A stretch of DNA of 62,361 nucleotides, filler included, from Choristocarpus tenellus KU-1152 (GCA_964200185.2; 9 parts of 9 records of this genome joined end to end with filler, not necessarily neighbours in it); one strand, 5' to 3'. Numbered from the whole stretch's first letter, positions 44,501-58,681 are shown. The notes: a model not told the origin generated them from the sequence alone. Numbers and translations are program-made.

Positions 44501-45098
44501 GTATCATTCACATACCAAACAACCTTCAATTGTACTACACAAACCCACCCTCATGAATTGCACTCGCATATTATACTACGTCGGTAGGGGGTCGTCTTAA
44601 CGCCTACACACACCTCATGACGCCACCACGTGCACCCCCAGGCCGAACCTCTAGAGCAATCTCGGTTTTCTTCTCGGCAATGGTCCCCAGTGCTTTCAAA
44701 TCAGGATTCTCCTCTTCGAAAGTTCTCCTCTCTTCTCCTCCCACCACACTCATCTCTTTCACCTCCTCTACCGCCACCTCTACTTTCTCGTCCACTAACG
44801 ACGACTCCTCACTAACACTACCCCTAGTTTCGTCCTTCAAATCATCCAGGTGATCCCCACATATTTTTCCGCCACTCTGTGGTCGTGTCTCCAGTCCATC
44901 CCTCGTCAACAGTCCTGCACTTTGCCCCCGTCGACAATGGATATCTCTCCCAGTTTTGCGACAACAGCGATGTGTTTTGTCACCTTGTAACCAAGGTACC
45001 CATCGCAATCCACGCTCGGGGCAACCATGGGATCGAGGTTGCCGGGCTCCCACGAGGGCTATCCCTGCTGTAAAAGCGATAATCCCACCCCCATGCAT
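39011..45098 (-). CDS. Hypothetical multi-exon protein: hydrophobic N-terminus, acidic region, one transmembrane helix, long coiled coil
   Basis: Probable exons 45098-44614, 44450-44091, ~43912-43726 (GSLAGVVMSVICGVAGIKFWRR) and 43498-43379. Further heptad-rich exons near 43060, 40820, 40260, 39525 and 39088-39011. Some junctions are uncertain. Confidence 0.65.
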
Positions 45099-47864
45099 CA
45101 CCAAATGTGATCGGTGGGACTCTCAGACCTTGCTCATCTTTCTACCTTGTTCATGAACACTAATGGTTGCTCACCAACGTTTTTAACGGCAAGGACTAAG
45201 GATTGGCTCAACAAAAACAAACCTGCACCTCCGGGGAAGCAAGCGACAACACAAACCACTGTAAACTACCCACGTGGATGGGTGATGTGTGGGCAATGTG
45301 ATTTGCTTTTGCGTTTTGTATGTCAAAACTGACAATAACTCCCCCATAAGGGCATGAGGGCCGAGGGTCTCTTTGTTTTTACCCATATGCCGTTGTCATA
45401 TGCACTAGTAGCTCGATAGTACCCAGGAAGTTCATCATCAACATACCCACTTCCTTTTCTTTCCATCCCACCTCCTTTTTTCAACGTACTCCAGAGGACC
45501 AACTATATGTTGGGGTGTAGCACCAACTTTCTTTAGGTTGATTTGAGAAATCCGACGAATGCATATCTTGTTCCTCAGAGAAGGCAGAAGCGACCACTGA
45601 TGATGCATCCACGGGAGGTAACAGCTACACAGTTCGGAACGGACTGGTGGATCTTCCTGTACTTACATCGACACGGCATGTTCTGTACCTGAGCTACGCC
45701 AGTCAAATTCTCCACACTCTCGGCATGCTCCAAAGTGCGTGCAAATGCTAGTGTTGGCCCTGTATTATCATTATTGGTTATTATGTGTTTAATAACTCAA
45801 GTGTTTTCTTTATCGAAATAGGAACTCTAGTGTGTGTTTGTTCTTCTACTCTCAATGCAAAATCAGGTTACATGTTGAAGAGGGGTAGTCCGTTCATATT
45901 ATTATTTTGAGAGCCACAATATCTTGGAAGGTGTGCCGTGAGTATAAGGGGCCCCTATCTACGACTTGCCCTCTGGCACATGACCTCTTCTTAGCATTTG
46001 GATTGCGATTTTACGGTTGTGTGAGCAAGCGCTCGTCTTCTCTTCTACAACCGCAGGTTCCTGATGGGAGCTAGGTACATTTCGGACATAGGAAAAGGGG
46101 TGTCAAACAGAATGTTGTAGAAGTCCCTTATACTCTGAAGGGCCCAAATCTACCCCCGTCAAGGATAACGTGCGTCTTCAAGTGATCCTAATAAGTATAT
46201 ACTTGGAGCATTTGATACTTGAGTTATTGTTGTAGTATAGTGAATTCGAGGCCTCGGGACTGTCGACATTTTGTGGTATTTTGGTGATAAATTGAGTCTC
46301 TCATGTACTTCGAAGTATTGCACATGTACCGAGCAACAAAATTGCGGATGGAAGATCTCTCTCGTATCACGACATGGAATCACATTGTAATACCCCATAA
46401 TTTACAATGACTGGGGTACGATGTATCAAAGAAGCAAAATCCTAGGAATAGGCATATTTCAAAGCACGTTTCTATTATACTCTACACTTGTTACTTCCAG
46501 CACATCAACACGTGAAAGCGTGTTGAACACTGTTCAGAACAAGTGTACAGATACGATGGGTTGCTGACCAAAACCGTACCAGGCAACAGGTTAAGGGTAC
46601 TTCAAACCGAACACCTCCCATGAGGTGAATGAGTGTTCTGGGTGGTGATAATCGAATTTCTGGTGGGAAATAGATCATGTACGACCTTTCAAAGGCCGCA
46701 ATTGCTCAGTGGACCTCCCATTATTACTGTGCTGAATGAAATGCCCGTGATTATATGCTCCCTACATACCCATGCCGAGTTCCTGCCAACCAAAGGCCTG
46801 CCAGATGTGCAGAAGATTGGCATATATTCTATACACATGAATATGCAAACTGTTCACACAGGATCATTGATCTTTTTTACACCCTGTTTTTTTTAGCAGC
46901 CATTTTGTTTTCTCCTATACGGTCAGCACTGACGCCTCAAAACTAAACCTAGGCAATAGTTGCGATGCTCTGCAACACTGTGCAATTGTTCGGTTGGTAA
47001 AACCACTTGGTCTTAGATTGCCACTGTCAGGTACTAACCCCCACGAAGTGTTTGATCGATGGAATCAACCAGAGTTCTAAATGGTACTAAACTTCGGGAC
47101 AAGGCTGGGGTCGATTTTCAAGGGAGAATTTGTCTTTTTATATCTTATCTACGCAAGTAAGAAATCATCCATCCTCTAGTTTTGTCTGCTTCAAGTATTG
47201 GAGCGAGAAACTACTATTGCTTAGAATTGCTGAAAGTATTCAAACTGGAAAGGGTGAGGGAGTGGTTTCACACACAAAAAGCTCTTTCATCATGCAGGGC
47301 CTTCATGTATAAAGATCGTTTTTTGTCTACCTTTGTCTACCTTTGTTGTTTGTCACATTTTTTTTTAATTTGCACATATCCTACTTAAGCTGTGGTCCAC
47401 CCAATAGAAACTAGGTGAAGCTTAGATCAAGATTAACTATGCAGTCCTTGCTGTGTCAAGGGCATTGCCAGCTGCGATCTGTGCCCTCCACAAATGTCTG
47501 CTAGAGTGGATGAACTAGGTAGAACTTCGTCCTCCACACCTCTTCCGGAGCATGGAAGGACTGACGATTATTGCGTACTTGTATGGCTGGGGCATTTGGG
47601 GAGCAACTTTCCATCAGCTTGGAATGCTCCCCCTCCTTTGGAACACTTTGCCTTGAAACACTGCAATAGGTTTCCTTTGACCTATCCATTGGTTCCCTGA
47701 AGCATCACTTTCTGCAAGGAATCTCATAGGGCTGTTGTCGTTTTTTGCTGCCGACTAAACAGCAAACCTCTTTATCATATCAAAGTAGTTATTCAAACAC
47801 TACTTATTGCTGTCATATCATCATCATTGTCATCTTCATTAAAAATATCGTAATCACTTTTGCC

Positions 47865-48102
47865 TGTGGAATATTCACCAATGGCCAGAGACACTACACA
47901 CTCACTGCACTACTTCCGTGCCTCCTACTGCAACCGTTACACTACAACTGATTGTACTGCCTCCGTTTTTACGTTGCTTCTAATGTGTTGGGTTCAGGGG
48001 TCCAAACACTCATTGCTTTACCTCCTACCTCGAATCTTGTGCTGGACTCACTTCAGCGCCACTCAGCAAAGGAGCGTTGCCACCTCGTTCGGGTTTCCTT
48101 CA
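47865..48102 (+). repeat. Family D degenerate repeat (TG...CA, solo-LTR-like)
   Basis: tgtggaatattc...cactgcactacttcc...acactacaactgattgtact...tcgaatcttg...ttccttca; similar to 9760-10000; no TSD seen. Confidence 0.4.
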
Positions 48103-48365
48103 TTCATATGGTAGAGCAATGAATAAGATGGTACAAGTGTACAATCTGTTGTGTGGACCTTGGATCATCTAAAACTACATTTCCCGAAAAAGAAATCTGG
48201 TGTCGATAGGACTCGAAATATCGAAATTAATCCAGGGAACGTCGGTGAGTAAGGTTAATCGAAACTCTTAATTGAAATGAGATTTTTTAAAATGTGAAAC
48301 TGACAAGAAATATTGTACGAGAACACTTTTTTTGGTGTATCAACTGTGAGACCATTCACGCAGAG

Positions 48366-51300
48366 ATGCCGAAAACTCCGAGCGACGTTAAAAAGGGCCC
48401 GTTGCTCCAAGCAGTCGTGAAAAGTCGTCTTCTGCGCCTGCAGCAGCTCTGTTCTGGGGATGGCGCCAAAGAGGGTCAGTAGTCCCCTGGTGTCTTTCCT
48501 GACCTGCAATGATGTACAGAGTTGTGCGTCATCTGTTTAGTAGGGTGTTCTTTAATCCAACTGATGACCCTCGATCTTTGGGGTGTCCTCTGAATGCAGG
48601 CCTCCCTGATGCACTCCTCTTTATTGGAGGAGTGGATGGCAGATTCAACCCTGGGAGTCATATGGTCCTCAAGTATCTATTTTTGCAAACAACAGGTACG
48701 TCAATTTAGTTCCGACAGGTCACAATCCAGAACAAGTCATTCCTGGCGTGGATAACCCCTACATGTTGTCCTGGGGTCGACGAAAAGCAGCTTATTGGCT
48801 GACAAAGTATCTCGACCTACCCACTTCGGAATCATGTCTCTCCTCAGGTTGTGACCTACGCAACATCGAGATCAGCATGGTGAATGATGCCCTTGAGGAC
48901 TGTGTGCTCGTTGTGCAAAAGCACAGCGTATCAGTAATGTACAGGTGCATCCACGCAGACGCGATCTCACCATCGCAAACATAAACCGCAACAGGCCATA
49001 GTTAAGCTGATCTCTTGCATAGGGTGCAACTTGTACGTCGTACTCTTGGATGGCTGCATGCCCATTCTCTAAATCTCTACTACCACGATAGTACTATCCT
49101 TTGATGTCTATTTTGAACTAAACCCTTTGAGACGTAGGCAGGTTTGAGTCCTTTTGAATTCTACATAATATTTTTAACCCTGTGCAATAAATTTATTTCG
49201 CTCCTTTATGTGCACAATAGTGTACGCAAAATTGGTATTCCCCCGTTCTACACACAAATTGACACCACAATTCAGCAAAGGCATGCTCTGCAATTGTAAA
49301 AATAGTCTTCTTGTCCTTTCTCGGGATCCTTAAAATGCGACCTTGCATACCTCTCAGTTGGTTTGACTCTCTTTTGTTGAAAATAAGCCAGCCTTTTGTG
49401 CATATTACGTATTCTAAGAAGCTAATCTCTAATCACTCCTCGAAATAACCCCTCAAGTCGGTAAAACTACATATGCTTGTGTATCCATCTCCTTCCCCTA
49501 ATGATCACGGCCAGTGCAGCTGCAGCAGAGGTAATTGTGCCAGTGATCGCCCAATGGCCTCACGTGTACGAGTACATCTTGCCCAATGTAGGCGAGGAAG
49601 ACAATGACTTGTTTGAGGAACACAAGGTGCAGGGTTTTTCACGCATGATCAAGTCCGCCATCTCTAGTGGAAGATCCTTTGGGATTTCCTTCCCACAAGG
49701 CTTTGAGGATGCCCGTGACGTTGAAATGTTGCCTCTGGTGCAGTCATTTGCTCTGGGTGGGGATACATCTAGGTTCTTCACCATGGAGTATGTTGTACAA
49801 GGCAAGTAAGAAGACAGCACAATATTCCGCTCATCCCCCTCCACCAGTGAAACCACCAGTAGTACTTGACGAGTATCTTCAACCTTAGAGTGAAAATGAG
49901 CATCGCACTGGGGCTAAAGATACCCCTTATTAGGTTTCTAGGACTGCTGTCAGGCACTTATCCTAGTTGATTGCACAGCATATGTTGCCAAGTATATGTT
50001 CTCCTTCACAACACATCATATTTCCTATGAAGTATCGTAAACTCAAGTTATAAAATATCATGTGAACTGTTGAGCATATTTCATGGACAGCTTCCAGTAA
50101 CTAAACTGCTGCCTTACTTGACACAATGCTTCTTCTCTAATCCTCTCTCAATCCCATGTATTTATTTCCTACTTCTCGCCTTCCCATACACTGCAAATAT
50201 CATGCAACAACTGAGCAGATATTTTCAGTGATCTCCTGGCAGTTTTTGGCAGTGTGGATGCCTTAACGATAGAGGTCGCAGTGGAGCGGGGGGGTGCATC
50301 GCTGACCCACCACCTCTCTTCCATGTTCAAGGTTCTTGACAAGGCACAGTCCGCCACAGGCCGACTTGGTATCAGTGAGAGCGACCTGGTTAACCCCCTG
50401 CAGTTGCTGCACGAATTTGGTTGTATGCAGGATGAAGGGGTCACAGGTGTAGTACTACTGCCGCCACCAACAGAGAGGATCCCCCCCCGGGTAAGCATTG
50501 GCCATGGAGGTTGGTCAGGTCAGGTCCCTCGAGGTTGTACAGCATTATCGTTGCAAAAATTGAGGAACCCCATTGGTTATGATTTATCTTGAAGGAGGAA
50601 TGGCACGGCAAATGAATATATCTATAAGAAATATTTTTGTGGGTTGTGTAGTTTCATACTCTGTACAGTCTTCTCATCTCCCTCATGCTCCTCCCTCTTC
50701 CTCCCAACTCATCTCCTTCTCACACTGTGCAGCTTGAGACAAGTGTGGATATCTTCCATGTCAACTGATAACCAGGGCAGGATTAATCCATCTTACATTT
50801 CACTCTGTTTCAGGTTCTCCTCGGCACCAGGGCAGTGATGGTATCAGACCAGAGTACTTTGTCATCCACAGCATACAATGTTGGCAACTCCCGGACGAAA
50901 AATGAGACATGTCAGAGAAAAGGGGCAGGAGGCATCTCTCCAGTTACCGGGATCAACCTGGCAAAGGGTGCAGTCCACTTTGTATTTGAGGCAGAAGAAC
51001 CCACCACCGGCAAGTACCACCAATTTATGTTAGTTGTGAGTGATGCCATCGGATAATCTTTGGTGGCACACCTATGGTGGACCATACATCGAATGCGATT
51101 TGGTGCAGTCTGTGGGTGATGGTAGGCTCAAAGTATCTGGGGGGGGGTAGTGGCTATCCATTTGGACCAATTTTCCATGTCACGATTTTTGGGTGATTTG
51201 GTTGCATTCATTGGATGGATAATGTAAGTTCACTCCTCCTGGTCAGAGCCTGAATGGACACCCTGGTATAGACCCCCTTCCCCCCCCCCGACACTTTGAG

Positions 51301-52112
51301 TCGGTAAGGGAGTATGTGTCCCATTTAAAACCAAATATGACGGTACCATCCTAACCTGGTTCATTCCTCATGAGCCCCCTCCTCCTCATTTTTTGTTCTT
51401 ATTGCCTGGCAGGACTATGCGTTTGTCGTACTCACTTTTTGTCTACTCGGGGACAGGAGGTGATGGATCTGCTCAATGCATACCAACATCTTTGCTCAGC
51501 GCTACCTCAGGCTATTTCAGCTTGTGCTAGGTGTGGTTTGGTACTACTGTGTGGTTTCTGTGATAGCAAAATGTCCTGTGGTAGTGGCAGCTCACAGCTG
51601 GTAGCATGGAGTACATTTACACTTCTTGGGGAATGACCTGCAGTGTATCAAGATAAAAAATGAATGTGTCTCATTACCATTAATGAAAACCTTGCTTGTA
51701 TGGTTTCCTTGTATTCAAACCACCTCCAAACTGCATGCACAACAGAGGACACAAGTGTGGGGCCAAGATGCAGGAAATAAAAGAGTGTGCAACTTTCAGT
51801 GCGCTAAATTCGATTCAGGACAAAGTGGAATGGACAATAGGTTTGGGGAAAGACTCTGACTCACAGCTAGAGGTTTTTCTGCGACCTGAAGACAGTTGCC
51901 GTGCCTCTCCTTGGTTTGCAGAGGTAAGAAGGGAAAACAGCTTGGACAAATCTAGCTCAGGAGGTCAGCTGAGGAGGGGAGATGGGGGCTGCATGTTGTA
52001 TCTGCGACTCTCGTTGAGTGGGCCAGCAGGCACAGTCGCTGTTGGTGATACATTTGCCCTTCTGACGGATACCTTGCCGGAATCTTCAGGTGTTTCTATG
52101 GAGGAAAATGAG
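48366..52112 (+). CDS. DNAAF9: Dynein axonemal assembly factor 9 (C20orf194/Shulin) homolog, 5' eight exons, partial
   Basis: Exons 48366-48474, 48600-48695, 48848-48944, 49515-49801, 50219-50490, 50814-51009, 51413-51530 and 51800-52112. Peptides SRLLRLQQL...PDALLFIGGVDGRFNPG...LEDCVLVV...PVIAQW...EEHKVQGF...VEMLPLVQSFAL...FFTMEYVVQD follow, in order, the C20orf194 N-terminal motifs as I recall them. Confidence 0.85.
49115..49369. mobile_element. MITE family C copy in a DNAAF9 intron
   Basis: Right terminus tacctctcagttggtttgactc; degenerate left terminus. Confidence 0.75.
51125..51302. mobile_element. MITE family A, full copy, in a DNAAF9 intron
   Basis: GGCTCAAAGTATCTGGGG...ACACTTTGAGTC; TSD GGTA. 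Confidence 0.9.
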
Positions 52113-53789
52113 GTCTGCAGTCCGGCTTTCCTGCTCACAGGTTTGTTTTTTTGGCATCAGTGGTGGGATGCATAGGGTTAGGGATGTAGGTGTGTAGAGT
52201 TTTACTAGAAGGACAGTTCTTGGATAAAAGTTGTTGGAAACGGTATGAACAAAAGGTAGTGGGGGGAAGTTTGCTGTGGGTGTGGAAGGGGCAGGGGAGA
52301 GAGTAAGACATATCATCAAGTTTGTGTTCTGCAGGGAAGGGACTAGTAGTTGCAAGGGGGTATTATTATCCTGTTTTTGAGTGTTGGGGGGGGGCGTTGT
52401 ACAGCCCAATGGAAACGCTCCTGGTCGCTGACAAGATAGGGATTTCTTTGTCAATATACTATTTCTGACCCAGAGGGTGGTGTATTCAATACCTGTGGCA
52501 TTATAGAGTCGACCAATCAGCACTGCTTACAATACCCCTTAGTCAATCAGGAAGGGTGAAAGGAGAGCATCCACCACCTGGAAAATTTATGGNNNNNNNN
52601 NNNNNNNNNNNNNNNNNNNNNNNNNNNNNNNNNNNNTTAATTAATTAANNNNNNNNNNNNNNNNNNNNNNNNNNNNNNNNNNNNNNNNNNNNCCCCTCAC
52701 AAACCACCCCCCCCCCAGATACTTTGACCCGACTAACTCATCTTACCTTTACGTACATTACTACTTTGTATTGTACCAACCTAAAGATAAACGTACATGA
52801 AACAGTGTTATATGCTTGTATAAGTACACACAACGTAAGTACAACACTCATTATTCGACACATTTGCCCCTTGTTGTCCACACTGGCTCTGGTGGCAGGG
52901 CAGGGCTAGCGAATATCGTTCCCTCCCTTGTTCTGCGTCGTCTGGTAGGTTGGCCAATTACATCCAGAAAGAGTCAAACCGGACCCTGTTCAGGAGGCGG
53001 GTAAATCTCGCGTTGTGCCCTCCTTGTGATCCTGGCCTCATGGGATGATAGAGTGTGAACCTCTGGGGCAGGTGTGGAGGTTGTTGTTCCCCTTAGGCTA
53101 CCCAGCCTTGGCCAATAATTCTAATCAAGTCTTCTGAAGGGACTTCTGAGGAGGGTGTAGATGGATGATCCCAGGGTCTTTGAGCCTCCTGCATCTCTCG
53201 CCCTCTCCTTGTCAGTGTATAAAACTTACAATTTGGTATATGCCTTCTCTGCTGGTACCACATAGTACCTAGACACAGTGCTTCAAAAATTAAGAAATCT
53301 CCGATAAGGGTACAGAAAACGTCTTGTTCATGATGATGGGAATGCCCACGCTATCTAGTCATTTTTATTCATAATCCCAAATATATGTATACGTCAGCAC
53401 CTTATTTTTTATTATCATGTGTCCTCAACTGAACTGAACCACTACTACAATCCTTCTACCATTTTTATTATTAGCCCTCTAACATTTTGTAGATGTGTCG
53501 TCAAGATGTGTCACGTGAAAAAACAAAATAACAATTCATAACAATCCCTAAATAAGTAACACTTACGGTAAATCTGAAAGATATGTTTCTATATATATTA
53601 TTATGCCCTCTGACATTTTGCAGATGTGTCAGGGGGAAAAAAAATGAAAACTATATACATATATATATGTATGTCACAAGTGTGTAAGCCCTAAGGAAAT
53701 AAAATATCATAAATGTGAAAACACTAAAAAACACCAAGTGTGAAAACCACTAATCTATGAGTTATTTCACCATTATCAATATTGTACTA

Positions 53790-54105
53790 CTGTCCTCCCG
53801 TGCTTTCCATCTACCTACTCCCGGTGGGGGAAGCTAGGGAGGCATCCCAAGAATCCAACAAACCCCTCCGTGCCCATCTCCCTGGTGACTCTATTCTACA
53901 GCGAATCACACATCGAGATAATGCCACTTGCGTAGTCACCGAAACAATTTGGCGTAGCCAGGATTTAACTACTCCTTTCCTGCAATATCCTCCCGCTCCT
54001 CTCCCCCCTACCATATAATTAGCTAGCTCATCAAGGAAGCATTTCGCCTACTTGCCGAGGCGCCCAATACTTTCCACCACAAAGGTGTTGAGGTTATAAC
54101 TATGC
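53790..54105 (-). mobile_element. 3' end of a CRE-like non-LTR retrotransposon (RLE C-terminus)
   Basis: HSYNLNTFVVESIGRLGK*AKCFLDELANYMVGGRGAGGYCRKGVVKSWLRQIVSVTTQVALSR; same family type as 2400-2900. Confidence 0.75.
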
Positions 54106-57100
54106 TTCTATTATTTTATTGTACCCTCTCACATTTTCCAGATGTGTCACGGAAAAAACCAAGGAAAAACTATTCACATGTTAGAAGTTTCTATTATCTA
54201 CCAACATTTTTTGTGGTTGCCACAAAATACATTTTCCCATGTCACATGAGTGAAATAAAAAAAACATAAGGATGAAGAATGCAACAAATGACATGGCAAA
54301 GACGGTAACAGCAAAGCCATGGTTTCATTTATTTATTCATCTAAACAAAAACAATCTCACTCTATATGTGTTGAGAATATTCTTTAAAACAAGAGTAGAG
54401 GACATTTTGATTTTTAAAATATACGTTCTCTTACTCATCAATAAACATATTAACTCTTCATAGAAACCTCCGAAGAGTTTTATTGGAGAAGTTTAGAGTG
54501 AAATTTATTTTTGGAGGTACGCAGAAACAAAATATTAACTCCTCAAATGATCGGACTAGGGTTAGGGTTAACAATATGTAAACTACTGCACTCCAATAAT
54601 GGTTCTTCAATGCTCTTCACCATAGATAAGAAGAGTGTTCACAACGACAGGAAGGAAGATTTCCGCATGCCATCGATCATCACATTCAACTGATCAACAA
54701 TTACACCTTCTCAACAAACTCAAGGACGACCCACCCCAACCAAGGTAGTTCGTGGAACCATAGTTAAATTCGAGGAGAGTTTACATAGAAGGAAAGGTTG
54801 GTCGGTTACTCGTGCTCATGGAATGATGTGAAAGCCGTGACAATTGCAAAATCAACTAGTACAGTAGTTAAAGTATATCACGCCGAACGGCTGCTGACTT
54901 AGGAATTGTACAGAGCCCACGATGTGGATCTACAGATTCCGAGTCTGATGAGAAGTTGAGGGAATATTGTTTTGGTCGGATTGAAGACGAACAACGCGAT
55001 GAAAACCTCGTCCCAATAGGATTAATCACACCCAGTCTAACACCCCATTTCTCCTGTAACCCTGACGATATCATTACAAAGGACGATGTCGGAATGCACT
55101 CCTGATTACTTCGACCTTGGGATGCAGAAAGGGGAAGAGGCAATCAACATCATGCGTTTTTTTACGTTAGTATTGACCTGGAGTGCTGTGTCAGGATGGA
55201 TGGACGTTACAAGAGTGAGACGGAAGCTGCTCCTGTTCATCCACTGGTGCAGGTGAACCTATGTACCCCCTTTAGCTCTGTTTCACGTTATTACCATGTG
55301 CACTATATCGTTTTCAACCCGTAACCAGAGGGTGTTATGAATCCTATCGTTGCCAGTACTCTCTGTGAATGTCGTGTGATGAGAATATTGGCATCCTTGT
55401 GCTTGACGCCACGCGTCTGTCACACTAGTTTGCTCTCTTCTTTTATCTATTGCATATTACTTCGATGAATTTCATAGTTTGCACTAAATGCCGAGTGATT
55501 TGCCCCCCATCCGAGTTGTCACCGCAATTTGTTCAGAGGTCCTTCCTCTTTGTGTAATTCGTGATATTGACCTTCTCCCTACTATCAGTTCAGCACCCGT
55601 TCTTTTTAAATCAACAGCCTAGTCCTCAAGCGAGATGTTCAAATGTCTATCGATTGTCATGGCAGACCACGAATCAATTGTATCAGTAACACTTAACAAC
55701 CACTGGCCATATTCCCTCCTCAATCAGGAGTTCGAAGTACGTTTGGTGCGGCGGTGGTGTTGTCACTTTTTCCACCATCCAAAACGATAAAATCGGGAAC
55801 TCCGCATCACGTCTCGTTTCTTGATCCTTCCCTATCGTCCGTTCCGTACCCTTTCACATGTATGTACAACACAGTGGACTGACTTTTGCGTCTGCCCAGA
55901 CCATCATGTCCATCATGGTCCTGAACTGCTGGTCCACCACTGAGGCCAAGCCAATGATCTTCTTCTTAAAATCCGTTTCACTTGCAGCTGGCAATCTCTT
56001 CGCCCTTAGTGACCTGGCTCTCACCATTCGGCTCGCACAAATAGTAGAGGTATGTGGCAAATGCAACCGTAACAAATTTAAATTTAATTAAATATTGTAT
56101 ATGACTCAAGTAGTGGAAGTTTTTCATATAAAGGAGGGAAGTGAGGCTTCTCGTATGAAAGAACCAACCGATGTGTATATGCCGTAATGACTGTCCAGTA
56201 CTCCGATGCTACTATTCTGACTGCATTATATCATTTCAATGATTACTTCGTATATGAGAAATTAAGGAACTCCTGCTGCTCGTTAATTGTTTTGTATCCC
56301 AGGTCGGGGGTGATTAGAGGTGTGCATTTATAATTATTATCTTGTGATGTCCCTTCTCTCTTTGTTGCCCTCCTCCCAAGTTCCCCTATCTCATTTTAGT
56401 CCCCTCTGTGCAATTTACCTTGGGAGGTAATGCTATTTATCAGTAGTGAAGACGAGAAGGTGTGGAGCCTCACATGACCCCCTTTGCTGAACGTGAAAGA
56501 ATGGATGGAATTAGAAGAGTGATCTTAGTGGGGTGTCTTCTCATTGCTTGTTTATTACGACTTGGTGCCTCATGCATAAGTCCCCGGTTATGTCAAAGTA
56601 GTTGAATGCAGAAAAAAAAACATGCATATTCCCATTCATAACCCGGATATACTATCCGGTTAGTTACATTACAGGCACGAAATAAGGTACACCTCACTAT
56701 TATTGTCCTATTTTGTACACCCTCTGCAAATATCATCTTCATTGAACCAATACTGTTGTTGCCCTAACCTAGTCACACCAGACTCTTTTTTGTTCATTAT
56801 GGTGGTATAAAACAATCTGTAGTGTTACACAACTTGGATAAGCCAACACTTGCACAACACAAAATCTTTGGTTTGTAGCAAGTCCAGTGTGGAATGTCAC
56901 GAATTGAAATATAAATAAGTTGTGAAAAATTATCCTGCTACATATTTCCTGAAATTAAACCCTTTTGCACACTTCGGACAAAAGTGAAGATCATGCATCC
57001 CCAACTTAGACAACATGAAACCTAAAAAGTCACCCTTTCAGCTCCATGTGAGCAAAGTATGTCAGAGTAATTCCTTAACCATCAGCAGAAAAGATGGTCA

Positions 57101-58681
57101 TAATGTAGAGGGAGGTATGGATGCAGTAACACTCTACAAGGAGGAACAGTTGCCGATAATTCTGATATACTATGAACTGCTACCATATACCGTCAGCATC
57201 ATACACCATACTGTCTGCTGACCCCAAAATTATTAGCCAACTGACTGGTACAACCTATAATAAGTTTTTATAATGGTCTAATTCAGGTAAACAACTCAAG
57301 GGTTGTAGCTATATTGTGGAGGAAGTAGAGGAGTTTTGTCTTTGTTCGGTGTTGTACATATTTTACCATAATTGAAATTGATCTCTCTTGCAGTCTTTTT
57401 GCTTCTGCGAACTACCCACTTGTAACTTATGTGTGTTTTAAAGGACAACATTCCTTGACACCAGAGTTGTTTGTACCCTGCCGTCAAAAGGTCCTATTTC
57501 ATAATTGATGAGTATCTGCTTTCACAACATCACTTATCAAGTCATGTATAATTAATCGTGGTTGAAGCACTGACCCAGAGCATCTACTTGCGCTTATGCA
57601 TAGGGGTGGATATTTGCAACTCTTGTCAAACACCCTCTTGTCCCTTAGCCCAACAATTTTTTGGAAATCTTTATAGAGGGCATAGTTGGCCCAGAACATG
57701 GTTTGCTTTGAGGGTTCGATAATACCACCAGCCAGCCAACACAACACTCCGTGATATGCAAGCATTGTCCTGGATCACAGATGTTAATATTATTATGGAT
57801 AATTACAGCTATGAATTAAACTATTATCAAAGACCTGGATAAGAGACATAATATAGTAAAGCAATAACCCCAAGTACTGTGACAAAAAGGGGGATGATAT
57901 ATTACAGCAAGTGACAATGTGTGTGTGTGTGTGTGTGATTGTGTTATGTCATGAACAATTGATGATACTACTACAGATCAAATGGACCAAACTGTTGCCC
58001 TCAATTGAGGTTTGTTATAGACAAAGACAAAGGACTCCAAGCGGTGTCCTGTAAAAGGGGTGTAATTTGACTGAAGGGTATTGCGAGGCAATGATATTAT
58101 GGCGTGGTTATCCGTTAATGTTGTCTGAGGTATGCAATTTTGATATTTTGAATAACCACTTAGTATGAGCAGACGTTTGTAAGATGTGCAGAGTCAAGTA
58201 GTACAAGTATAACTAGGGGTTGGACTATCAAATCCACCTTGCTCTTGCTTCCCAGGACTTGTTGATGCAGAATATACTGAGCATTTCTGTGGTGTGATGG
58301 AGGGAAGAAAGAAAAAAATTGAGCTCATCATCCACGGAGATGTGCCCTTGCTAACAAGCACTCGTTTCTGTCCTACCAAGACCATCAACTCATTGTCCAT
58401 TCTTCATTACTAGTCCGTTGACCACTGCACACAACAGTCTCCATGTGGTCTATTTGTGAAACCCACCGTCTAATATAACCATTCCTGTATCAAACAAATG
58501 AGACAACAGTCATCCACTGTTCTACAGAACACATCATATCCACTTCTCTCAACTCACAACCTCCTACATAATCTTCCTTCACACAAGCATTCAAATATTT
58601 ATTTTTAACAGGATCCAACACTATAGCTGATGCAGTTGCGAGTAGAGATGAATATTACTAGTCAGTCAGATACCTAGATCT

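Noticed and set aside
55854-56091. Exon-like overlapping ORFs on both strands
   Set aside because: No homology or partner exons were found and the strand cannot be decided.
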